A DNA stretch of 64,000 nucleotides. Source: a virus (taxonomy: Duplodnaviria; Heunggongvirae; Uroviricota; Caudoviricetes). Position numbers and translations under genes: made by a program. The notes under the pieces are model-generated. The model was not told the origin of the DNA. It worked only from the letters and a program-made list of their open reading frames with translations, and searched no databases. The DNA lies in IMG/VR virus record IMGVR_UViG_2654587728_000014, positions 1-64,000 of that record; one strand, 5' to 3'. Shown here piece by piece: positions 49,109 through 59,432 of the stretch. The first letter of the stretch is position 1. The number at the start of each line of letters is the position of its first letter.

Positions 49109-49459
49109 TTACTCCTTCAGCGTGATGGTTAACTCAACATTCTGCATGGTCTGCATGACAGTGCCCGACAGCGTCACCCCGGCGCGGCCTCCCGCTTTCC
49201 AGACAACGTCGATGGCGTCCAGGGCAATGCGGGGTTCCCATCGTGTCAGCGCAATCACGGCAGCACTCATGCATTGCAGACGAGTTGTGTTATTCATGGG
49301 TTCGTCAATCAAATCAGGCACAAGGCTGCCATATTCCCGTCGCATAACCCGGCTTGCCAGCGGGGTGATCAGGATGTCCCTGACTGACTGTTTCAGGTGC
49401 TCCATATCGTTCAGGTTTCCCGTCCCGTCCGGATTCATTCCTGTGTAGCGGGTTGTCAC
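49109..49459 (-). CDS. W: P2-like baseplate protein gpW
   Basis: 116 aa; synteny. Confidence 0.85.
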   Translation of the reverse strand: MTTRYTGMNPDGTGNLNDMEHLKQSVRDILITPLASRVMRREYGSLVPDLIDEPMNNTTRLQCMSAAVIALTRWEPRIALDAIDVVWKAGGRAGVTLSGTVMQTMQNVELTITLKE

Positions 49460-50037
49460 TGCGGGCCTCCTGTCGAATCGCTGCCACCTTTAACGCCACC
49501 GTGCTTATGCGTATGCACTGTGATGCCGTTTGAGGTGAAATCGCCGCCGCTGTGCGTGATATTGCCGCTCATCTTTCCCCCTTTTGTGACGTCAAGCGTC
49601 GCTGTTCTCAGAAGGTCTGTGCATTCCACGACGGGCGTATCCAGTGTCACGCTGACGGATGCCTGCAGGGTGGCTGTTTTCATGCCGCTGGCGCTCAGTG
49701 CGCCTGCGTCCGTGTCGTAGCGGAACACCGCGCCATCCGGCGCGCTGATCACGATTTCTTTCAGGCTTTTGCCGGGGGCCGGACTGGCATCACTCCACAG
49801 GCTGCCAATTATCATGGCGGTTTCCGGGTTGCCGCCAATGCAGGCAATTACCACCTGTTCGCCTGGTGATGGCGGCAGCCACACATTGAAGGCTCCCGCG
49901 CGCGTGGTGTTCCAGCGCAGCCAGCCTGTTTCCAGTTCGCCGCTGCGAACGCGCACGCACCAGGATTCCTCATCAACTTCAGAGATGATCCCGGTACGGA
50001 TGATGTTGCTCAGCAGTCGCATGAGTTCTGCGCTCAC
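49456..50037 (-). CDS. V: P2-like baseplate spike gpV
   Basis: 193 aa; synteny. Confidence 0.85.
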   Translation of the reverse strand: MSAELMRLLSNIIRTGIISEVDEESWCVRVRSGELETGWLRWNTTRAGAFNVWLPPSPGEQVVIACIGGNPETAMIIGSLWSDASPAPGKSLKEIVISAPDGAVFRYDTDAGALSASGMKTATLQASVSVTLDTPVVECTDLLRTATLDVTKGGKMSGNITHSGGDFTSNGITVHTHKHGGVKGGSDSTGGPQ

Positions 50038-50678
50038 CGTACAGCCTCCGCAATCCGGCCCAGCACCGTGTTATAAATCAGGCGCTCATCTGCCTGGCTG
50101 ATACCCAGCAGCTCACGTACCGGGTAATCGGTGAAAATGCCCGGCGCAACCTGATCGCGCTCACCGAACTGATGAACGCGTGCAATACGTGCGGCCACGC
50201 CGCTGTAACCCACCGTCACACCGGAAGCATCTGCACGGGCTTTCAGGTAGCGGGCGGTGCGCAGTTTTACGAACATGGGGACGCGCTTTGTGCTGTCCTG
50301 GTTGATGCGCCGGGTGCGTATTTCCAGAAAACGGTCGATGTCATCCCGGTAAAACGTGCGGATATTGTTTTTATCCTCATCCCACCCGGTAATGGTTCGC
50401 CCGTATTTCCCCGTGTCGTGATGCCAGTTTTTCAGCGTGCGTGCTTCGTTATTCCAGATAAAGCGAATGCGCTCCTGTATCCGGGTTACGCGGCGTCTGC
50501 GTGGTGTCCATGCGGTCCCGTCCGGCGCTTTCTGTGACCGGATGCGCGCCTGCTGGGCGCGGCGTAAATCCTGTGCCAGCTTTCTGGCGATGTTATTGAT
50601 GGCCTGCTGATTCAGGCTGTCGCGGATGGCCTCAAAGGTTTCATCCACACGGGTGAATGCCTTATCCATCGCTTTCAC
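50034..50678 (-). CDS. S: P2-like tail completion protein gpS
   Basis: 214 aa; synteny. Confidence 0.8.
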   Translation of the reverse strand: MKAMDKAFTRVDETFEAIRDSLNQQAINNIARKLAQDLRRAQQARIRSQKAPDGTAWTPRRRRVTRIQERIRFIWNNEARTLKNWHHDTGKYGRTITGWDEDKNNIRTFYRDDIDRFLEIRTRRINQDSTKRVPMFVKLRTARYLKARADASGVTVGYSGVAARIARVHQFGERDQVAPGIFTDYPVRELLGISQADERLIYNTVLGRIAEAVR

Positions 50679-51129
50679 CCCACGTCACATCCTGGAATAT
50701 ATGCGACCAGTCGCCTTCGGAAGATGGCAGACGGGGTTTTGGCTCCGGCAGGTGCTCTGCCTGCGGTGTCCCCTGACTGCTGCGCGTAATGCGAACGCGT
50801 TCCCGCAGGGGGAGCGTAAACAGGAGATCGGCGCTGTCATCGTCATTGATAACGGCGGAGAATTTGATGTCCTGATTACGCTCCGGATTGAGCAACAACT
50901 GTGGCTGATTTTCGGATAACCACGCCAGTAGCGGCAGCGTGAGGTCGTCCAGCTCCCCGGCGTAATCCATGACAAACATCACCATCTGATAGCGGTAAAC
51001 AAACGAGGGCGTTTCTCCGGTCGTTTCAATGTTGCCGCTCTCCACGAAAATGGTGAATTTTTCCGGGTTGGCCTGACACCATCGGCATGAACGGGTCATG
51101 GCTTCACGCAGGGAATCAGTTTTCAGCAT
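50662..51129 (-). CDS. R: P2-like tail completion protein gpR
   Basis: 155 aa MLKTDSLREAM... resembles P2 R. Confidence 0.82.
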   Translation of the reverse strand: MLKTDSLREAMTRSCRWCQANPEKFTIFVESGNIETTGETPSFVYRYQMVMFVMDYAGELDDLTLPLLAWLSENQPQLLLNPERNQDIKFSAVINDDDSADLLFTLPLRERVRITRSSQGTPQAEHLPEPKPRLPSSEGDWSHIFQDVTWGESDG

Positions 51130-51436
51130 GGTTGTTGTCCTCGTTGTTCAGTCGTTGCAGTCTGCGCTGTTCCAGTAATTCAATGGCCCGTTTATCCGCG
51201 TTACAGGTTTCCAGTGCATCCAGAAGGCGGTCGCCCCATATACCGAGATTTCCCCATGTGGGAGTGTCAGGGAAGGGGGGAGGCGTTACCGGTATGGTCA
51301 GCGTCTGCGGTATAAGCCGGACTGACGGCGCTGGCCGTGGCGCGTTCTGCGTGCCTGCGCAACCTGTCAGTAAAACGAGCATCAGACAAAGCGTGGGCGC
51401 ATTCATCTTTTGCAATATCGTTGCGTAGCTGTTCAC
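51116..51436 (-). CDS. lysC: o-spanin lipoprotein (LysC/Rz1 type), overlapping lysB
   Basis: 106 aa; signal with LLTGC lipobox, proline-rich. Confidence 0.6.
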   Translation of the reverse strand: MNSYATILQKMNAPTLCLMLVLLTGCAGTQNAPRPAPSVRLIPQTLTIPVTPPPFPDTPTWGNLGIWGDRLLDALETCNADKRAIELLEQRRLQRLNNEDNNHAEN

Positions 51437-51674
51437 GTCTGGCTTCTCCGTCCTGATTGCGTTGCTGATTTTCCACGCGGAGTTGCGCCAGCACCTGCTG
51501 CATATCCTGTACCCCGGTGCTGATGATATTCAGGGTGTCGACGGTACTTTTCAGGGTGCTGGCCTGCGCTTCGTTTCTGGCGTTCTCCCGGCCCAGCGAC
51601 CACGACAGACGTATGGATGTTCCCCATGCGGCAATCAGAAGGAAAGCGACACCCAGCGTGGGCCAGAGCTTCAT
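51267..51674 (-). CDS. lysB: i-spanin (LysB/Rz type)
   Basis: about 136 aa from MKLWPTLGVAFLLIAAWG (TM) then coiled coil; ORF track 51267..51818. Confidence 0.65.
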   Translation of the reverse strand: MKLWPTLGVAFLLIAAWGTSIRLSWSLGRENARNEAQASTLKSTVDTLNIISTGVQDMQQVLAQLRVENQQRNQDGEARREQLRNDIAKDECAHALSDARFTDRLRRHAERATASAVSPAYTADADHTGNASPLP

Positions 51675-52063
51675 GCCGGATAGGCTCCGTGTGGTAACTG
51701 AAAATGCGGTCCGTCTTTCAGGGTCTTCCAGTCGCCGCCCCATTCCACCGGAATATTCAGTTCCCGGCTGGCCTGTCTGAATGCTGCTGCGATTTTTTCG
51801 TACAGCGACCATTCCCATGACACCTGGCTGCCGATATAAGCCACAACATCCACGGCATGCCCCGTAAGGTGGCGGCTGTTCATGGTCTGGCTCTTACCCG
51901 TGGCCACCAGTTGCTTCTGGCGGTAACGGCTGCGCAACCCTTCGGTGATACCAAAATCCACTTCCGAGATTTCCAGTGCCCGTCGGGTCACTTTCACCAG
52001 ATCAGGATTTACGCCCTGCAAATTCTTTTCGCTCCGGCTGCTGAATTTAAATGTGTTGCTCAT
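51671..52063 (-). CDS. endolysin, peptidase M15-like (putative L-Ala-D-Glu peptidase)
   Basis: 130 aa with SRHLTGHAVDV metal-binding-like motif; replaces the lysozyme K of P2. Confidence 0.65.
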   Translation of the reverse strand: MSNTFKFSSRSEKNLQGVNPDLVKVTRRALEISEVDFGITEGLRSRYRQKQLVATGKSQTMNSRHLTGHAVDVVAYIGSQVSWEWSLYEKIAAAFRQASRELNIPVEWGGDWKTLKDGPHFQLPHGAYPA

Positions 52064-52383
52064 TCGTCCTTCTCCTTCACCCTGCGATTAAAGGCCGCAA
52101 TAACCTTGTCGCGTGCTTTCTCTGCCCCCATAAAACCGATTGATGCGCCGATAAACGTCACGGCATCTTCAGGAAAACCGAAGAAGCGCAACGACCCGGC
52201 CACGGCCATGGCAAGAACGCCGCACGCCAGCGATCCCGTTACGGTCTGAACCAGTGTTCGTCCGTCATAAAGACTCATCAGCGCGGAAATGCTGACCGCC
52301 GCGCCTACTGCATACACCGTTGGCAGGTGGTCAAAGAGCCATGCAATAACCTGCTCTGTGATCCCTGTTTGAATGGTGCTCAC
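52060..52383 (-). CDS. holin (putative)
   Basis: about 107 aa from GTG after GGGGGGAG RBS; hydrophobic helices; ORF track 52060..52602 over-extended. Confidence 0.55.
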   Translation of the reverse strand: MSTIQTGITEQVIAWLFDHLPTVYAVGAAVSISALMSLYDGRTLVQTVTGSLACGVLAMAVAGSLRFFGFPEDAVTFIGASIGFMGAEKARDKVIAAFNRRVKEKDE

Positions 52384-52385
52384 TG

Positions 52386-52586
52386 CTACTCCCCCCACAA
52401 CGGAATCATTTCTCGTTTCTTCTTCTCCGGCTCCGGCATCTCCACTTCCTGCCCGGCGTCCAGAAATACCTGCTGACAGAGTCCGGGGTTGGCATCCAGC
52501 ACCTTTTCGGTGACGCCCTGCGTCGTGCCGTAGTACCGGAAACAGAGCGAATCCACGGTGTCGCCTTCCAGTGCCTTTACTTTCAT
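52386..52586 (-). CDS. X: P2-like tail protein gpX
   Basis: MKVKALEGDTVDSLCFRYYG... LysM-like, as P2 X. Confidence 0.8.
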   Translation of the reverse strand: MKVKALEGDTVDSLCFRYYGTTQGVTEKVLDANPGLCQQVFLDAGQEVEMPEPEKKKREMIPLWGE

Positions 52587-53089
52587 CAGCACAACTCCGC
52601 AAAGATTCGCGGACGGCACAGAATGTCAGAGATGGCCCAGCTCACATCACGCCACAAATCCGATGTCTGTATATCCAGTGCGTCCGCCCGGCGGTCGCCC
52701 TTGTCCGTTGTGTCCGCATCGCGGTAACGCTCCAGAATCAGGGCGCGTGTGGCGGTGTAAACCGCATTGCGCCAGTGCCAGAGATTGACACTTTCTCCGT
52801 TAATTACGGGTGCCGGAACATCGGCCAGCGTCTGATGGCCAGCCGCCTGCTGTTCCTGCTGCCATGCTTCCAGCTCGCGGGTAACATGTGCCACAGCCCC
52901 GGTGGCGGTATGCAGCAGACGGGAGGTGGTCACACGGCCCGGCAGTCGTACCGCCAGACGCAGCTCACGCAGCACAATATCCGGCCAGAATGCACCCGCT
53001 GAAATACGGGTATCACCATCATCGGTATCGGTGATGTCGTCCTCTGCGGGGCCGGGGTTGGTTCTGGCAACCATACTCATGGGGTTCAC
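52586..53089 (-). CDS. L: P2-like head completion protein gpL
   Basis: 167 aa; synteny. Confidence 0.78.
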   Translation of the reverse strand: MNPMSMVARTNPGPAEDDITDTDDGDTRISAGAFWPDIVLRELRLAVRLPGRVTTSRLLHTATGAVAHVTRELEAWQQEQQAAGHQTLADVPAPVINGESVNLWHWRNAVYTATRALILERYRDADTTDKGDRRADALDIQTSDLWRDVSWAISDILCRPRIFAELC

Positions 53090-53182
53090 TCCTGAAAAAA
53101 ATCGGGCGGTGGGTGCGCGGTGTAAACGGTCACGGAGTCAAACCGGAACACCGCGCACGCCGCCCGCTGACGGGGTCAGTCG

Positions 53183-53983
53183 TTAACCGCGCTTCGCCTT
53201 CTGCGTCGCGGTGGTTTTTCGTGTTGCAGGCTTCCGCGTTGTCTTTTTACTTTTGCTGCTTTCGTCCTGCGCCTGCTGTGCGCTGGCGTCTTCTGGTTCG
53301 GCTGCGGAATCGGCTTTTTTCAGGGCGCGGGAAAGGGTTGCAATCTCGCGTTTCACACCTGCATTCGGGTTCAGGTGCATTGCTTCGCGCAGCAGCTTCA
53401 GTGACAGGGCCATGCTGTCCGCATCACTCAGGCCACGACGGGCAAAGGCGCACGCCTTGCATAATTTGGCGCGCACTTCGTCCGGCATGTCCTGGTCGGT
53501 GACAATCTCCCGGAGGGTATCCAGTGGTTCGATAAAGGCGGACAAATCCGCGTCGGCATCCGTCCCGGCCTGCGTCAGTACCGGGTTGCAGATTTCTTCG
53601 GTCAGCACTGTGGCAGCAGTACGGCCAAAGTTATCCGGCATAATGAGGTTATGACGGACCACATACGCACCAATACGCAACGCCAGCGGAAGATCGCCGC
53701 AGTCAATCGCCCACACCATCAGCGTGGCAATCACTTCATCCTGCTGCCCGCCGTCAGCCTCCAGCGTTCCCTCAATCCAGCCGGAAAAGTCCGGCAACAA
53801 CTCTTTTTTGATGGCGGCTTTCGCGCTTCTGGCCTGTACGCCCTTAAGCCGGGCCTGTGCCAGACGCAGACGATACAGCACCTCTTCATGCGCGGTACGC
53901 GCGGCGTGGTCCACGCCTTCGTTCGCCCGGCCTGCGCGCTGTGCCATCACGTTCTGCCAGTGTTGCTGTGCAGGAGTAATCAT
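53183..53983 (-). CDS. M: P2-like terminase small (endonuclease) subunit gpM
   Basis: 266 aa; synteny between N and L. Confidence 0.78.
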   Translation of the reverse strand: MITPAQQHWQNVMAQRAGRANEGVDHAARTAHEEVLYRLRLAQARLKGVQARSAKAAIKKELLPDFSGWIEGTLEADGGQQDEVIATLMVWAIDCGDLPLALRIGAYVVRHNLIMPDNFGRTAATVLTEEICNPVLTQAGTDADADLSAFIEPLDTLREIVTDQDMPDEVRAKLCKACAFARRGLSDADSMALSLKLLREAMHLNPNAGVKREIATLSRALKKADSAAEPEDASAQQAQDESSKSKKTTRKPATRKTTATQKAKRG

Positions 53984-54028
53984 TTTTTCTCTCCGTTACA
54001 GGCGGGCATGATGCCCGCTGTGAGTTGA

Positions 54029-55081
54029 TTAGCTGTCGGCGAACTTCAGGCCAGTGACCATCGCGCACTTGCCATAGTCTTCAACGACATAAGCGTCATT
54101 GATGGACTGGTAGGTGGCGATGCGGTTGTATTCCGGTTCGTCTTTCATCAGACGACGCATTGAACCTTTCTGCCAGTAAATCGACAGGTTGTTGAACGAG
54201 GTGATCAGCATCGTTGCATCCGGGAAGAACGGCGCAAGGAACACACCCAGCCCGCCAATGGTGCGCGATGACAGGATGAGCTGTCCGGCGAGTAATTCCG
54301 CATTGGGATTCTGGCCGCTGATGCTGTTCAGCACGGGCAGACGCAGCGAGTTAAACAGGTTGCGCCCCATAATCACCACGAGGTCGTCAGCTTCCTTGTG
54401 CCATTCATCCAGCAGGGATGAGCGTGCGTCCTGAACCAGTGCATCAGCGTTCGCATACTCACCCGCGTGCGCCACGGTGTTGTCCATGTTGCGGGAGGTC
54501 AGCGTCACGTCATTCATTACGCGCGCGCTGGCATTGGTTCTGATGTGCTCCAGCCACCCCACGTTAACGTCCTGAAGCAGCTTGTTGGTGCTGAAGTTGG
54601 ATTTTTCCGCGTGTGACGTGCCGTTAAAGCCGATCATGATGCGGTCAAGCGCCACCTGTCGGGCAATCTGTGCGCTGATGCGGGTCTGGAAGTCATTGTG
54701 CGCCGCCCAGGCATCAAGCTGCGGATACGAAATAAACGTGTCGTAGTTCACCTGCTCACACTGGTACTGACGGGACTTCAGGTCGACAGCGTTAATCGGG
54801 TTGCGGCGATCTGTGCCGTCATAACTGGTATTTGTGCGCGCAATCGGCCCGGTGGTGTCCATGAGGACTTTTTCGCCTTTCTGGTCGGTCACACCGATCA
54901 CGTTAATTTTTTTTGTAAGTTCGGTGCTATCCTTTGAGGCGTTTTCAAAACGCTGCTGCACCGAGGGTTCCACGGTAAATCGCGATACCAGCCCAGAAAC
55001 CGGGATATTGTTAATCGACGCCTGTCGCGTCATGTAGCAGCCCAGCTTGTTACGGGCATTATCTGACATCACCAGATTCAT
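54029..55081 (-). CDS. N: P2-like major capsid protein gpN
   Basis: 350 aa; FTVEPSV and VVEDY blocks as in P2 N. Confidence 0.9.
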   Translation of the reverse strand: MNLVMSDNARNKLGCYMTRQASINNIPVSGLVSRFTVEPSVQQRFENASKDSTELTKKINVIGVTDQKGEKVLMDTTGPIARTNTSYDGTDRRNPINAVDLKSRQYQCEQVNYDTFISYPQLDAWAAHNDFQTRISAQIARQVALDRIMIGFNGTSHAEKSNFSTNKLLQDVNVGWLEHIRTNASARVMNDVTLTSRNMDNTVAHAGEYANADALVQDARSSLLDEWHKEADDLVVIMGRNLFNSLRLPVLNSISGQNPNAELLAGQLILSSRTIGGLGVFLAPFFPDATMLITSFNNLSIYWQKGSMRRLMKDEPEYNRIATYQSINDAYVVEDYGKCAMVTGLKFADS

Positions 55082-55104
55082 AAAAAATTTGCTCCTTTGT
55101 CTTA

Positions 55105-55974
55105 TCAGAAGTCAGCCAGCTGGTCGGAGGCTGCGCCCGTTGCGGTGAACCGGTTCTGCGGATCGCCGTCCTGCGTGCGCAGCTTTTCCTTCAGTGCTGT
55201 CAGCTCTGTGGTCAGCGAAGTGATTTTCTGGCTGTCCTGCTGATGGCGGGTTTCCAGTGCATTAAAGCGGTCGATAATATCGGCCTGTGACGTTGCGACA
55301 CCTTCCACCGCTTCCTGAATACGGGAGAAACTGGCGTCATCCGCTTTGCGGCCACGGCCAATAATCCCCATAACGCGGTTAAACCACTGGGTGCCTTCTT
55401 CCTGACGTTGTTCGGTGAGTTCGATAAGTTCTGACTCCATAGCGGCGGTGAACATCGCCACGTCTCCCTGCTGACAGTTGAATGTCATCAGTTGCATACG
55501 TTGTTGTGCCGCAAAGGCCAGACGTTCCGTGCCCAGGCTGGCGGGGGTGTCGGTCATTGCCAGCCCGCGCAGGTAAGGGCCTCCCGTGATGGTTGACTGT
55601 GGTTCCAGCTCAATACTGGAGTAAATTTTTTTACCATCGTTAAGCAGGGACATCATGCGAGCGGTCGGCTCAATTTCGGCATACAGTGCCGTGCGGCCTG
55701 CCAGCGGGCCATCGGTTATGTCTTCGGTGCTCAACCCCACAACATCGCCCATAGCGGAAAACTCGCTACCGGGGAGTGGTGACAGGATGTGCTCAATATT
55801 CACACGTGCACCATAAACGGACGGGTTATAACTGGTGGCGGCAGCTTTCAGCATGTCGCCGTTGATTTCGCGCCCGTCTGCCGTCACACCGGAGACAGCC
55901 ACGCGAAACTTTTTGCGGGATGTCTTTTTTTCATTAGTCATAGTTTTTGCCCCTCTGACTGGTTCTTCAGTCAT
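55105..55974 (-). CDS. O: P2-like capsid scaffold protein gpO
   Basis: 289 aa; divergent from P-Q. Confidence 0.85.
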   Translation of the reverse strand: MTEEPVRGAKTMTNEKKTSRKKFRVAVSGVTADGREINGDMLKAAATSYNPSVYGARVNIEHILSPLPGSEFSAMGDVVGLSTEDITDGPLAGRTALYAEIEPTARMMSLLNDGKKIYSSIELEPQSTITGGPYLRGLAMTDTPASLGTERLAFAAQQRMQLMTFNCQQGDVAMFTAAMESELIELTEQRQEEGTQWFNRVMGIIGRGRKADDASFSRIQEAVEGVATSQADIIDRFNALETRHQQDSQKITSLTTELTALKEKLRTQDGDPQNRFTATGAASDQLADF

Positions 55975-56095
55975 GATGGCAAAGCGTAACAGGCTGATAC
56001 AAAGGGCTTTTGTTGTAAGAAAACAGTCAGAACAGGGGGTTAAGGAGAACGGTTTCGCGCGCGGGTAATCTTCCTGTAATTACTCAGGGGGAGCA

Positions 56096-57847
56096 ATGAT
56101 TCAGGACGCTTTTGTGCGCCAGCGTGCGCGGCAACTTTACTGGCAGGGTTATCCGCCCGCAGAAATATCACGTCTGATGGGAATAAACCCGAACACGATT
56201 TATGCGTGGAAAAAACGCGACCAGTGGGATGAAACGCCACCCGTGCAGCGTGTCACGCAGTCCATCGATGCGCGCCTCATCCAGCTTACTGAAAAACAGA
56301 ATAAAACAGGTGGTGACTTCAAGGAAATAGACCTGCTGACCCGGCAGCTTAAAAAGCTGCATGATGGCCAGCCGGATGTGATGGCCGCAGGAAAGAAAGG
56401 CCGGGCGAAAAAACTCAAAAATCATTTCACGCCGGAACAGATTGCCGCACTGCGGGAAAAAATCATCAGCAGGCTGGAGTGGCATCAGCGGGGCTGGTTT
56501 GACTCCCTGACCCTTTGCAGGGAAGCCGGGATACGTAACAGGATGGTCCTGAAATCCCGACAGATTGGGGCGACCTGGTATTTTGCTCAGGAAGCACTGC
56601 TGATGGCGCTGCGTGACGATGTGGCGCAACCTTACCAGCGTAACCAGATTTTTTTGTCTGCGTCGCGTCGTCAGGCGTTCCAGTTTAAAAGCATTATTCA
56701 GGAGGCTGCATCTGAAGTTGATGTGGAGCTGAAAGGGGGCGATAAAATCATCCTCTCCAACGGCGCAGAGCTGCATTTTCTTGGTACTTCTGCTGCGACG
56801 GCACAGTCCTACACGGGCAATTTTTATTTTGATGAATTTTTCTGGGTCAGTCGCTTTGCTGAACTGCGCAAGGTGGCTGGCGCTATGGCAACCCTCAGCG
56901 GACTGCGGCGCACCTACTTCTCCACGCCATCCACCGAAACGCACGAGGCATACGCCTACTGGAACGGCGACCGCTGGAACGAGAAAAAGGCCTCGCATAA
57001 ACGCCAGCGTTTTTCTGTGGACTGGAAAACGCTGCATAACGGGCTTATCTGCCCTGACCGGACGTGGCGGCAAATTGTCACGCTGGAAGATGTGGTTAAT
57101 CACGGCTGGAAACACACCGATATTGATGAAATTCGTGATGAAAACACCGAAGACGAGTTCCTCAATCTCTATATGTGTGAGTTTGTCCGCGAAGGGGAAT
57201 CGGCATTTAACCTGAATATCCTGATTGGCTGTGGTGTTGACGGATACGACGACTGGAAAGACTGGAAACCTTTTGCTCCCCGCCCGATGGGGAATCGTCC
57301 GGTATGGATTGGGTATGACGCAAACGGCAGCAGTGGAAACGGCGACAGCGGCGCTGTGTCCGTGGTGGTTCCTCCGGCTGTTCCTGGCGGCCGTTTTCGA
57401 ACGGTGGAGACGCGACGCGTTCAGGGGCTGGAGTTTGAAGAACAGGCCAGAGTCATTGAAGAGTTCACGTGTCGCTACAACGTGGAACACATCGGCATTG
57501 ATGTGACAGGCGGGAACGGGGAGGCTGTTTATCAGATAGTGAAACGGTTTTTCCCTGCTGCTATTCCGTACACCTTCACGCTGTCATCAAAACGGTCGCT
57601 GGTACTGAAAATGCTGCAAATAATGCGTGCCGGGCGGTGGGAATACGATCGCGCCGAACGCGAGCTGGTCGCAGCCTTTAACGCCGTGCGTAAGGTGAAA
57701 ACACCGGGCGGCTTTATCACTTACGAAACGGACCGCGCGAGGGGGATCAGCCACGGCGACCTTGCGTGGGCAACCATGCTTGCTGTCATTAACGAACCAA
57801 TTGGCGGCGAAGGAGAAAACGAGCGTTTCACGGTTATGGAGTTCTGA
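56096..57847 (+). CDS. P: P2-like terminase large (ATPase) subunit gpP
   Basis: 583 aa; synteny. Confidence 0.9.
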   Translation: MIQDAFVRQRARQLYWQGYPPAEISRLMGINPNTIYAWKKRDQWDETPPVQRVTQSIDARLIQLTEKQNKTGGDFKEIDLLTRQLKKLHDGQPDVMAAGKKGRAKKLKNHFTPEQIAALREKIISRLEWHQRGWFDSLTLCREAGIRNRMVLKSRQIGATWYFAQEALLMALRDDVAQPYQRNQIFLSASRRQAFQFKSIIQEAASEVDVELKGGDKIILSNGAELHFLGTSAATAQSYTGNFYFDEFFWVSRFAELRKVAGAMATLSGLRRTYFSTPSTETHEAYAYWNGDRWNEKKASHKRQRFSVDWKTLHNGLICPDRTWRQIVTLEDVVNHGWKHTDIDEIRDENTEDEFLNLYMCEFVREGESAFNLNILIGCGVDGYDDWKDWKPFAPRPMGNRPVWIGYDANGSSGNGDSGAVSVVVPPAVPGGRFRTVETRRVQGLEFEEQARVIEEFTCRYNVEHIGIDVTGGNGEAVYQIVKRFFPAAIPYTFTLSSKRSLVLKMLQIMRAGRWEYDRAERELVAAFNAVRKVKTPGGFITYETDRARGISHGDLAWATMLAVINEPIGGEGENERFTVMEF

Positions 57848-58893
57848 TGAGCAGAAAAAATAAAAAAGTGCGCATGAGTTCACGCATTGATCTCGCTGAT
57901 GCGCTCAGGAAAGAATCATCGCTCAGTGCATTCACATTTGATGGTCCTTATCGCCTGACCGGGCATGACCTGCTGGACAATATGTACTGTGCTGATAACG
58001 GGCGGTGGTATGAAACCCCGGTGGACTGGTACGGTCTGGCAAGAGCAGCCCGGCAAACGTCCTGGCATCAGTCTGCGCTTTACTTTAAGCGCAATGTATT
58101 ACTCGGTTGCTACATCCCGCACCCGCTGCTTTCCCGGCAGGATTTCTCGGCGCTGGCGCTGGACTGGTTTGTGTTCGGTAACGCATTCCTTGAGCTTCGA
58201 AGCAATATGCTCGGCGAACCGCTTAAATTACGGCACGCCCTGGCGAAATACATGCGACGCGGAAGCGATCTTGAATCATGGTGGTATGTGCAGGATGGCA
58301 AGGACGCGTTTCAGTTTCGTCCTGGCAAAGTGTGCCACCTGATGAATCCGGATATTAACCAGGAAATCTACGGCATGCCGGAATATCTTGGCGCATTACT
58401 CTCGGCCAGCCTTTCTCATTCGGCGGACATGTTCAGAAAACTGTACTACGACAACGGATCCCACGCCGGGTGCATCATCTACATCGGTGCAGCGCAGGTA
58501 AACCGCGAAAGCATGGACTCCCTGAAAGAAACGCTACAGGGGGCACGTGGTGGTGGTGCGTTTAAAAACGTGCTCATTCATGCGCCCAACGGGGGCAAAG
58601 AGGGGGTGCAAATTTTGCCGTTCCAGCAGATCACCGCAAAAGATGAATTCATGAATGTTAAGGCGGCATCCCGTGATGATGTGCTGGCTGCGCACCGCGT
58701 TCCGCCGCAACTGATGGGGGCGATGCCGGGCGAAAAAAGTGCGTTTGGCGATGTGGAGAAGGCAGCGCGGGTTTACGCAATTAACGAGCTGATGCCCGTC
58801 ATGGAGGCTATGAAGCACATCAATGACTGGCTTGGCGAAGAGGTGATCCGTTTTAACTCTTATGCTCTTCTTGATGAAAAAACAGCCCCGTGA
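57847..58893 (+). CDS. Q: P2-like portal protein gpQ
   Basis: 348 aa; ATGA-coupled to P. Confidence 0.9.
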   Translation: MSRKNKKVRMSSRIDLADALRKESSLSAFTFDGPYRLTGHDLLDNMYCADNGRWYETPVDWYGLARAARQTSWHQSALYFKRNVLLGCYIPHPLLSRQDFSALALDWFVFGNAFLELRSNMLGEPLKLRHALAKYMRRGSDLESWWYVQDGKDAFQFRPGKVCHLMNPDINQEIYGMPEYLGALLSASLSHSADMFRKLYYDNGSHAGCIIYIGAAQVNRESMDSLKETLQGARGGGAFKNVLIHAPNGGKEGVQILPFQQITAKDEFMNVKAASRDDVLAAHRVPPQLMGAMPGEKSAFGDVEKAARVYAINELMPVMEAMKHINDWLGEEVIRFNSYALLDEKTAP

Positions 58894-58910
58894 TGGGGCT
58901 GTCCTTTTTA
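58883..58910. terminator. bidirectional hairpin terminator between Q and the first cargo gene
   Basis: CAGCCCCG-TGA-TGGGGCTG with T-runs on both strands. Confidence 0.6.
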
Positions 58911-59432
58911 CCAGAGTTGAACCATTTTCTGGGTGCCGTCAGGCTTGAGATTATCAATTTCAGAGAGAACGTAATATTGAATGGCTTCACAAACGGTGGT
59001 GTAGGGTGAATTACCTTCTTTAAGTGGCACGATATTATTATTAACGCGAACCTGTATTTCATCGTTATACATTGCGATCGAAACAGGCGTGTGCACGAAC
59101 GCGACTTCGCCAGGTGTGTCGTCAACCACCGTTTCAATACTAAAAGTCAGTTTTCGCTCATCATTGCTGCCCCGTGCTTTGGGGGTAGCGGCAGGGATCT
59201 GGGATAAAGGCATTCTGCGAAATCCTTCGGCTGCTTCCAGTCCGCATGAAACGTAATGCTGGCGATTACCGTCGCTATCTGTCCAGGTCTGTGATGGCAG
59301 CTCCAGCGAGATTTCATAAGCATCAACAATGCCCTGGGCAAGGCGTACAAGCGGGGTCAGATCTTCATTGCGGCGAAAGCTCTCCTTTACCTGCTCCCGT
59401 TTTTCTCTTAACTGCTTGTAATTAATGACCAT
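58908..59432 (-). CDS. hypothetical protein, hotspot cargo (174 aa)
   Basis: ATG after GGAGG RBS; no family recognised; ORF track 58908..59471. Confidence 0.5.
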   Translation of the reverse strand: MVINYKQLREKREQVKESFRRNEDLTPLVRLAQGIVDAYEISLELPSQTWTDSDGNRQHYVSCGLEAAEGFRRMPLSQIPAATPKARGSNDERKLTFSIETVVDDTPGEVAFVHTPVSIAMYNDEIQVRVNNNIVPLKEGNSPYTTVCEAIQYYVLSEIDNLKPDGTQKMVQLW